A stretch of DNA of 64,000 bases from Dimorphilus gyrociliatus (taxonomy: Eukaryota; Animalia; Annelida): contig CAJFCJ010000011.1 of assembly GCA_904063045.1 (NCBI GenBank), positions 806,001-870,000 on the forward strand, read 5' to 3'. The position numbers and the translations under genes are program-made. Below, one piece after another: positions 54,601 to 64,000 of this stretch. Below the pieces are notes generated by a model. It was not told where the DNA came from. It searched no databases and worked only from the letters and a program-made list of their open reading frames with translations. Within the stretch, counting starts at the first letter, position 1; each line of letters opens with the position of its first letter.

Positions 54601-56753
54601 CAACTAACCATTCAAAAAAAAACACGTTAAAAAGTGTATTTGTGAGATATAGGCATTTGTTTTTTTGTTTTAATAGAAATAAGCACGAATTAATAAAATA
54701 ATCTAAAAGTGCTAAAAAATATTTAGTCAGTAGAATAGTCATGAGCACCAGCAAACTCACGATTCACCTGTCTGAGAAAATATAGAATAAAGCCATCAAT
54801 TCATGCTTTTTTATATTAAATATGAACAGCATTAATTATATTACAGAGGCATGCAAAACAATAGCAGATCATCATGTTTTATCAGAACACAGTTTTCAAT
54901 TCGCTTTTCTGACAACGAAATTATTATCGCCTTTATAAATACTTTTACTGCACCGGCTTAATGACTTAGAATAAGATATTTCTCTTAAATTTTTCATGGT
55001 TCAACAGAACAAAGAGAAATTGCGAAAGAATTTACTAGTATTGTCTTGATTTCAGAGATTCTTTCTGATACTAATATATAATTTTTGTTTTATCTACGTA
55101 GAAAAAAAAGCTCCCTATTGCACTTAATTGAATTACGTATTATTCTATATTAATCTTCTAATTTATAAAATGATCTTATTTTTTATCAATTCCGAGTCAG
55201 TAAAATCTGGTCCTCCTTTGTTTTGACGTATTGAAAATAGCAATAGATAAAGTAATCTTTTACAAGACACACAGTAATGTCGAATAAAAACAAAAAAACA
55301 TGTATCAATCTCTGCAAATAGTCATGAGCTAAAGAGTATTTAAAACTTAATAAATGAAATCCTAGAAAATTAGGTGTTATCCTTTTTTTTCCAAAAAATA
55401 ATTTTATAAATATTATTGTGCTAAAATACTTGGTTTTAATCATGAGCGCAAAACGTGTATAATTTATGCTATAACAGATTCCAGTATGAGACTAATAATT
55501 GATCGACACTTGTGTTTAATTATGCATGATAAGATTCAAGCTGTTTCTTCTCAAGCCCTTTTCGATGAATACACTAAGCTTATTGTCTTTACTCTTTTAG
55601 TAATACATTGAAAAATCTTGTTTCACATGTTTGCTGAATCATGATGTCGTCTTTGTTCTGTTCGCAGACTACAAACAACGGCAAACTGCAAACTTATCGA
55701 TGGGCAACAACAGTACTTTTGACATGTACGTACACGTTTTAGTATACAATGACTTCAAACAGCAAGGCTCTTTGTGGAGAATGTCGAGTGTGCACTTGTC
55801 AATATAAATTTTGGGCAATAACAGACAAGAATTTACCAAAAATTCATTACATTATTATTTAACGCGTTTGTTTTATGTTCAATATTTGCCTAAAAACTAT
55901 TTAGAATATAATAAAATTAGCATTTAATAACTAATTACTATTCTGAAATACGGCTAACTTATTATACAAGCATGATCATATTCGTATAATCCTCCAAAAC
56001 AACCGTTTGGTGCTTTATTTAATAAATATTTTAATGGAAGATATACCTAAATCTTTTATTCCGCAAAATAGTGCAAACTAACCTTTGGCATGAACTGAAC
56101 CTTGTCTTAGGATTTAAAGTTGCTGTTCTCAAGAGTATCAAATACAGTCACAAATAATGTAAAAAAAGAATAAATAGAAAATACTAATACTTAAACGTTG
56201 AAAAGTAACATAATGAGGTATTAGAGCAGATTAAGCACTTACATAAAGAAAATTTCGTCTAAATTGTTAAAATTTACAATTCAAATTTAGCAAAAGTGAT
56301 GAAATGTGCCGTTCATTAAAATGCATGATAATCTTCAATATTATTTTACTAAACATGCAGTCGTTGAAATTTAGCCGCACTCATGAATCATTTTGAGGAT
56401 CTCTAAACGAAAAATTAAAGGAAAAAAATGCTAATCTCTAAAATATACCATTACTAACCCCAGTAAGAGTGAAACAACAAATACCTGAATTATTAGTAAT
56501 AGAAAAAGGTAAAAATTCTAAAAAAAATAATTCTCTCCTAAACATTAACCCTCCCCCTCCCCTCCCAAAATCTGCACTGAAAAACAATCATGAAAACTGT
56601 GTAGTGACTAGGAAAAAAACATAGGCAGCAGGCCAGCATATAATAGAAATATAGGCAATTTTGGTCAGCACAACAGAACAGAATTTTTTACCCAGCAGAA
56701 TTTAAATTCTGCCATTGATGATGATGAGCAGATCGAACTCGGTGACGGAACAT
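51631..56753 (-). CDS. RING-H2 E3 ligase RNF38/RNF44 family; probable first coding exon 56692-56753 across an intron of about 4 kb
   Basis: [71 protein letters not shown]. Upstream exon MFRHRVRSAHHHQWQNLNSA ends in phase 2, matching the phase-2 acceptor at about 52625. The 5' structure is tentative. Confidence 0.85.
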
Positions 56754-58578
56754 GTTACGGCCTGTTTGCGCCGAACGACTTCTCCTTTCTGGTCGTGGCG
56801 TCTTGTAAACTTGAGTTGTTCAGATTTTCGAAACAAATGTATCGATGCCAGCTCGAAACGTCTTTCTCCTTATAGATTTAACGTCGATTTACGCCGGAAA
56901 ACGGTTTAATATGACGTTTTTCTCAAAGTCCAACGCTGTATGATTGCTGAATGAGTTCACAGTGCTTAGGGGTGCTGATTTATGCATCGCGGACGATACC
57001 ATAAATATCTTGTCAAAAAATTTAGTATTCTATCATCAAAGCGAAAATTTGACTTTTAAAAAATAAACTAATTAACAAAAGAGGTTAATACAAATATATT
57101 GACGGGGAAAATACGTTTTTTAATAGTCGAAACCTACGGACGAGTTTATTTGACTCCATTTTTTTTCTTGGCATATGCGGGTGCTTTATGCAGTAAAATT
57201 ACCTTTGCCCCGTAATTGTTTGTTAATTTCCGGTACTAAGTCTACATAATTTTAAAATAAAGTTTCTAGCTTTATTAAATTTTCTAAGACAAAGGAAAAT
57301 TTTCTACATATTTAGCGCCATCTATTATAAAAACTGTGAAAGTAATTAATTATAGGCCTATATATTTGATGAATTTTATCTTAAATTACTTTCCGGTCGG
57401 ATTAATTTACTGTTAGAAGACTTTTACATATTATGTAAGAAAGCTTAATAAACCCCTGAGGAGGATATATTTTGTTCTTTATTAACCATATTTCATTAAT
57501 TTAGCCTTTTAGAATAAACTTATACTATCTAATAATTCGAAAAAAACTTTCACCTTAACATCGTATTATTCATGATGTTACTAAAACCATTGAAAATATC
57601 TTATTAAAATATAGTAAATGATAAATGATGCATTATACAAAAAAATTAGAATGTATGAATGCGATTCATTGCACACTTTTTGTTCAAAAATCAATTTCTC
57701 TACCTTTAACGGTTGATACAGAATATCTCGATGTAGAAATGTTAAATTCTTTTTGTTTGGCATATAGCGCCATCTATCATTCACAATATTCTAAAAGTAT
57801 ATAAAACATTTGCACTTTACTTCCTTTATGTCTTTGTATCCGCTTATACTTGTGCGGAACTGAATCATTAACAGCATAAAATATATACTATATATATATA
57901 TATTCATATTTATGGCGCTCTGCCTTATGATCTCATCAGTAGCAAATGTTTGTCTTCTATGGCTAAAAAGTCAAAAGGAAATTTTATATTAGATTGAATA
58001 AGATACTTTTTTTCTTGTATTTCCTAATTTGCTTATATCGAGTTTTCCAAACGACGAGTGATAGTGCGAAATATCAACTAAACATTTAGTAATACGACAT
58101 ACACGTATACTTTGTACAAAGAATAACACTGTATACGGTATACAAAATACATTGTTTTTTTACTGCGCACAATAAACCGTCACCGAAAAACGCACATAAA
58201 AAGAAACAAAAAAAACTGTGATCAATAAATAGGCCAGATTGATAATTTAAATGTTGCCCCAGTCTGGACTGGTCAGACTAATTTTTAGAATTATAGGTCA
58301 GTGAACCTCCTCAACGTCATAATGGTAATACATCTGGTGTTAACTGCTTCTTTGTCTAGCTTCATATAGAATGTTTGAGAATTGTAGAGTTCAAAATTAA
58401 AATTATTATCTTAAACATATCTAGAAGTCTATATAAGTTCTTTACGTAGAGGAGTTTTGAGTTTGCCATGGCAATTATAGATCTTAGAAAATTCTATATA
58501 CATTAGTATGAGTACAAAAATAAGTGAATCAAACTTACTTACATTTGTACATACACTTACAAATCAATATACAGACAG

Positions 58579-58582
<4 letters not shown>

Positions 58583-58610
<28 letters not shown>
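58583..58610. repeat. (AT)14 microsatellite
   Basis: Perfect AT dinucleotide run read directly from the sequence. Confidence 0.95.
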
Positions 58611-58615
<5 letters not shown>

Positions 58616-58902
58616 TGACAACTTTCTGCACTGAGTAGACTAGCTAGATATAAAAATTTGTACAATAAGTATGACTATATAACAAAAATAAGTTTTCGTG
58701 AAACGATGAATTTTTTTTGCAAAAAGCTTATGACGCAATGATTAATAAAATTCCAAAACAAAATAAACGTATAAAGAATTTAAATATATGACTTATCAGA
58801 GAGACCTATACAAAAATTAACAGCAATGCTTAAATTATCAATTCTGGCCACAGAAATACAACTTACAAGCTTGGAAAAACGAAGAGAAAAAGAAAACAGT
58901 AT

Positions 58903-61500
58903 CTAAGCAGTTCTCTGCGAAGACCTAGCCCTTTTCGGCGGACTTCGTTTAGTCGGCGTGAACACATAACTTTCAACCGGATGCAATTGTTTTCGTTTCC
59001 GGTTTCTCGCCGATTGTCTCGGCGAAGACGGGGGAGATGATGACGGTGGCAATGGTGATGGTGAAGTTTTAGTTTCTAGCTCCTTACTTTTCTCTTCAAA
59101 TATCTTCCATTTCACCAGTTCCCCTGAAGTAGGATGACCATTGGCCAAAACAATCTTTAAAGGAACAGAAATGTCCAAAAGTTCGTCTGCAGAATGTTGG
59201 TGGTGAACGTGTTTAGCGAATTTTCGTAATGTTAACGTTTCACCGCAAGTTTCGCACTGTACACAAGATGAATCTTTCTTCTCCATTTTATATACAAACA
59301 ATCTACCCAATTGACCACGTGACCTTGTCGAGTTACGGGTAGTAACAACCCTTACAAAGTCGTCTTCGTTTTCATCTGTTTTTCGTCTTTTGCGAGATCC
59401 TGATCGAGAGTCTGTTCCAGTCGTAGAATTTTCGTCTGTAACAGATCGCTGTCGAGGCTCCACATAGAAAGCTATTAGCTTAACTGCATTTTGCTTGGAT
59501 ATAACGAGAGTTGACTTAGATCTTGCAGCATTGGCATAACGCTGTAAGAAATTCCTCTGCATATCCGAACAGTTTAAAAGAGGAAGTGAGAGAAGTTGTG
59601 CACGCTTTTTCAAAATACCGGTATCCTTACTAGGTAGCATTTGTTTGTGAATGTCCACTAGTCTAACATATTGTTCACCGGCTAGCATTAGTCCTGGAAC
59701 GTCGTTGTAGTACATTGTTACTGTTGTTAACTGTGGAGCCTCCTCCTCTGGATTTGTTGTTTTTGAGGGAAGACCAACGCGTTCGAGCTCTTTCTCGAGT
59801 TCTTCATTATTTAGAGAGCACAGCATTGAAGTTAAATTTTCAGCCATTTTATCCAAGTCCTCAGATTGAATAGCTTGTTCTTCTTGCATGCTGGCGACCA
59901 TATCAACGACTTCCTCTTCAGAAGGGGCACCTAGACGATAGTTAAAATTGATCATTACGCCTCTACAACTTGATTAATTAAAAAACAATTAACAATTTGT
60001 GAAAATGTTATTTTCAATATCTCTATTATAAAGTTATGTATTTGTTCATTAAAGAATAAAACCTAAATAATTATTCATTTAAATATCGTGACGGTATACT
60101 ATATATACATATATATATATATATGAAGTGTAATTTTATATTATAAAAACTATTATGTTGTATGAAATACTCTCTTTGTGAATTATGGAATTAGTGTATG
60201 ACTAAATGAGATTAACTAGACACAATTGTTACGAAAGGTTAGCATCACCACAAAAATATTCAAACTATGCCTTCAATCAATGAAGTATTGTTAATGTAAA
60301 ACTAAGGGTTTATGATATATAGCCTAATAGTTTTCAGAATAGTACGATGCAATTGTTATTTATTACGATGGGGAAAATATTCCTGCAAAGCAATTGTTTA
60401 TTATTGAAATCTTCCAAGCTGGACTGTCTTTAATCTAGACTAAGCTCTATCCAAGTGAAAATAATACAAAACATAGAAATAAATATAGCACTTGTTTTTT
60501 AGTGCTAATAAACAATAAGTGGAATTAGAACTAATCAAAAGAATATATCACTATCAAGTTCCTATTTGTACAAGTTTTGATAATGAAATAGAAAAAGCGT
60601 AGTTTACTTAGTGATTGAACTACGGTTTAGGTTAATTAATTCAGTTTATGATAGATTTGAAATTTTCAGATCTTTCACAAAAAAGTTTACCAAAGACAAG
60701 AAATGAAAATGGTATTTACCTCCAAACCTGGCAGTTTTATCAGTGTTAGCCAGGTCCCTATACCAATCTAAGACATTAGGTTGTTGATTTGTAGGTTGCG
60801 CTGCTTCGGTCCGAGACCTAGTCCTAGCTCTTGACCCACTAATTTTCGGAGCGAAGTAAACAAAGTCATCCTGATATGCACCCTGAATTTTGACAAAATT
60901 CTTATCATTGCTGCTTGTTCCCACGCTATTACCCCCATTGTCAGATTTTTTAGATTGTTTTTTCTTTTTATCAACAGCTTTCCAACCAAGTGCTGCGCTT
61001 GTTTCATTATCAACTTTAAGTCCGTACATTGTGTCAGTTTCAGTATCTTCGGAAGAAGCCTTAATAGTTTCAGTAGAAAAGTCTGTTTCTAGAGGTATGA
61101 CTGGTTTAGCTTTCTTTTTTCTTGTCATTCTTATGTTTGGGACAGCTTCAATTCTTGAAATAATATCGCTTTGTACAACGGCTGAAAATTGAGAAAACGC
61201 AACATAATCATGATCTGTCGCTGGATGATAATTCTGAGAATTTTGCCATCGAGCAACCAGTTGCTGAGATGTGTGAGTTGTAGTTTCATTTACAACGTCA
61301 ATTTCATCTGTATCGCCAATAGTTAATAGCCCGTTGCCCGTTCCTCCTCCAGTACCGTTGTCCCCAGAACATTGTTGAATGGCATAGGAATGTTCAGTAG
61401 TGGAGGTGGGTGGCATTTCGTCATCAATGTTCTTTAAAGGATGGTCATCGGCATTACAAGCGACGGCCGGAGAGAGCATACGGGACTGTTTGGCCGGCAT
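58903..61500 (-). CDS. Divergent Ski/Sno/Dac-fold protein (DHD-like domain plus SMAD4-binding SAND-like zinc domain); exons 61500-60720 and 59930-58903
   Basis: LMLAGEQYVRLVDIHKQML...CSDMQRNFL...STLVISKQNAVKL aligns with the Ski DHD (FVVGGEKRLCLPQILNSVL...CTADQLEIL...CGLITKTDAERL). GRLFVYKMEKKDSSCVQCETC....LRKFAKHVH aligns with Ski GLLVPELY....AACIQCLDC....PHKFVVHSH. Phase-1 junction GGA G|gtaaat...tctag|GT. Confidence 0.7.
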
Positions 61501-63759
61501 CTGAAAGCGTTCTCCTATTAAAGGATATCGGCGTGTTGAATCTGTCTATATTTTTCAGTACATCAACATCGATTCTTTTGATTGTGATCTTTATTTGCTT
61601 GATACTATTCAATCTACAAAAAAATTGGAACACTTTTAAGACTGAATATGATTTAAAATGTTTTAAAAATACTAAAAGCTACTTATTTTCTTATATAAAC
61701 CCACTCAGATGGGATGATTTAATAAAGTACCACTTCAAGAAAAAGACGATTTAACCGAGAGTATTTTATAATGACTGAAACCTATTATTTTTTCTAATAT
61801 ATAATTCTATAAAAATACCGAAAGCATTCGCGACTATTAATATTCTAAAGTATTTGATTTTAACCTAAAAAAAGATAAAATTGCGTTTTTGATAAATTCT
61901 TATTTCCATAAAATGTCATCAATTTTATCGTTTAAACTCCGCTTGTCGTTTCTTAAAAAACTTCACAAGAAATTACCGAAGTCGTTATTATTTAATACTT
62001 CTTTTAACAGTGAGAAGTAAATATATAGATCGAAAGACTGGAATCTTCCACGTTGCACAGTGACTAACAGAAAATCCCACTACCAACCTTAAATTTCGCA
62101 ATAGGCCTAAAGTATTACAAAATACATCATATTGATTTTCTTTGGACATATTTTTCTTATCGATTTGCTACTTTTAGGCTAGAAACACTACACATATACA
62201 TATATATTCTAAAATACTAAAGTATATATGTAAAACTAACTAGCTTTCACCCAGTTAGAAACTCTTTATTATCTAAAAGAGGTGTATAGAACATATAGGC
62301 TCACAACGTGACAGCTTTCAAGTTTTGGCACTACTGCCGACTGGCTCTATACCGAAAGTTGTCAACAGCTCAAATAAAATAGCGAAAGTACTAATTACGC
62401 AATAGGCTTACGCATCTCAATTCTTAAAAGAACAGAAAATAAACAAAAAATTGAAACTCGTTAGAAGTAATATTATAGTCGCTAACATAATACATTTTTA
62501 GTTATTTAGGCCTGAATTATTCATATAGAAAACAAAAAATCTAGCATTCGATAATAATTCAAAACTAATTAGAAAATTTTTTAGAAAATACCTAATAACA
62601 AGAACCCAGTGCTAAAAAGGCAGCAAAAATTTCGCTGGAAGCGCACTTAAATACTAGTTTCTTAGGTGCAGACCTATTTATTACAAACCAAAATCGGGTA
62701 TTTTAAATTAATAAATTTTCCCTTCCCCCGTTGAAGACTCCAAAAACACAAGAAATAGATGGCCGCTTTATGCTTCACCAGCTCGTGTTGAACGACTAAC
62801 CTCGTAGTCCTAGCATCGTGTGACATTTTGTATCTATATTGGCCATTACACAATACTACCTACACGCTATTTCATTGAAGTTTAAAAAAGATCGATGAAA
62901 GACTGCGAAACAGAACCCAGAACATCTTGCTGGTATTTGTTGTTACTCTGTACTCAGTAATAGCTTCTCTTAATAGACAACTGATTAGGTGGTTTGAAAT
63001 ATGTACATTTTCTCTCATCCCAAAACTAATACTATTTCGGCAGTTTCTTATGTAGTTTACAACTTATTTCGATAGACAGTCGCAATCTATTAGTAGGGCA
63101 AAATGATATGTGGATGAGTTCCGTTCTGGATGAATTTTCCTTGTCTAAACAGATTTAGGCTATCTTCAACGTGAAAATAGGTTGATCCATATATAGATAA
63201 TCCAACGAACGGCATGATCTTTTCAGTTTACTATTTATTTGAAATTAAGTTACCATTACCTCTTTTTAAGTTGAATTTCTTCTAATAATCAGGTTATATA
63301 GATGAGAAATGAGTTTTTGCAATTGACCTATAGAGTATCCAGCAGAAGATTGTATATCCAAATCATCAGTCTCAGTGACCCAGTTCGAAATTTACCTAGA
63401 AACCCCAGTGGACGTACAGAACCCGCTATTACTAGACCTATGCGAGAAACTAGGTCAATCGATAAAATCGAAGATTCTTGTCTGTCTTCCACTATACATA
63501 TAATCGTACACCAATTCTTAGCACAACTTCCCATACATTAAATAAATGCATGGAATGCATTTCATTTTACAATACTACTACGCGCTCTTTGTTACGAGAA
63601 AAAAAAAGCGCGCCATATAAACCGCGCCAGCTGCCTACATATTTTAGCGCGCTAAATTTCTCAGACAAAAAATTTTTGCGCACCTCATTAACTGATAATC
63701 CGCTTTAATCCGTTCTGTAATAATCTTGCAAAATTCTTGCAAATGGAAAGAAACGTTTA

Positions 63760-63912
63760 AAAATGGCGGCGTTCTATTTTCCGGAGAACGAAATGTATTT
63801 TACGCGCGCTGTACACCGGCGTTCGTTTTGGTATGCGAGAGAAGAGTAGAAGGCCAGCCTCGTTTTCGATTGCCGTAAACACCCACATTTAATACTGCCT
63901 GCCGCCATTTTG
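63760..63912. promoter_or_regulatory. CpG-richer promoter-like region with two oppositely oriented YY1 consensus sites
   Basis: AAAATGGCGGC at 63760-63770 and GCCGCCATTTTG at 63901-63912; several GCGCG/CGCG motifs at 63580-63810 in an otherwise CpG-poor window. Confidence 0.5.
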
Positions 63913-64000
63913 TTTTTTACTTCGGCTTTTATGAGTCATCGCCGCATGACATGACCGGTAACACTCGTATTTTTGTGCGCATAATCAATCCTGCCGCTTT

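Noticed and set aside
53584-55443. Several 60-85 aa hydrophobic ORFs
   Set aside because: I/Y/F/K-rich translations typical of AT-rich intron with (AT)n runs; no motifs.
55667-55806. Short plus-strand exon-like segment (cgcag|..DYKQRQTANLSMGNN...) inside the RNF38/44 intron
   Set aside because: About 45 codons with no upstream partner exon or recognisable motif; not supportable.
35709-56753. Apparent cluster of ubiquitin ligases (UBR3, TRIP12, RNF38/44)
   Set aside because: Unrelated families and E3 genes are common; no evidence of a functional cluster.
56900-63300. Possible miRNA, tRNA or snRNA genes in the long non-coding stretches
   Set aside because: I found no conserved bilaterian miRNA sequence, tRNA A/B boxes or long hairpin by eye; an Infernal/Rfam scan would be needed to exclude them.
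63303-63708. Small ORFs near the window end
   Set aside because: No family similarity; more likely 5' UTR or promoter sequence of the Ski-like gene and its neighbour.

Overview
AT-rich, gene-dense animal genomic DNA with very short (mostly about 45-70 bp) spliceosomal introns and intergenic gaps often under 500 bp. The gene content (animal-type USP, MAVS-like CARD, PC1/3) and compaction suggest a lophotrochozoan with a miniature genome, for example an annelid such as Dimorphilus; this is inference only. I assembled 18 protein-coding genes by hand from splice sites: DDB1 (3' part), NIFK-like RRM, TMEM128, spermine/polyamine oxidase, UAP1, PC1/3 convertase, FKBP7/14-type PPIase, a large type-I membrane protein, INTS15-like, USP, a very divergent PHF12-like gene, AFG3L2, UBR3, a MAVS-like CARD protein, SmG, TRIP12, RNF38/44 and a divergent Ski-family gene. 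I found no tRNA, rRNA, CRISPR array or recognisable transposon. The most striking item is the gene at 17041-21772. Its mature N-terminus has the hallmarks of a copper histidine-brace (LPMO-like) domain, fused through EGF-like modules to two DOMON domains that both keep the Met/His heme ligands, then a SEA domain and a TM helix. This looks like a single-chain, cell-surface analogue of the fungal CDH-cytochrome/LPMO redox pair, with a 403-residue PEGTA(E/K)PEGEGK repeat inserted inside the first DOMON. Other highlights: two alternative terminal exons in the FKBP (with and without terminal KDEL), a MAVS-like CARD gene whose two candidate acceptors give a tail-anchored or a soluble form, a Ski-fold protein with two HCF-1-binding motifs, and a PHF12-like gene with a novel exon of about 970 codons. 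All assignments come from manual translation and remembered family motifs; no database search was run.
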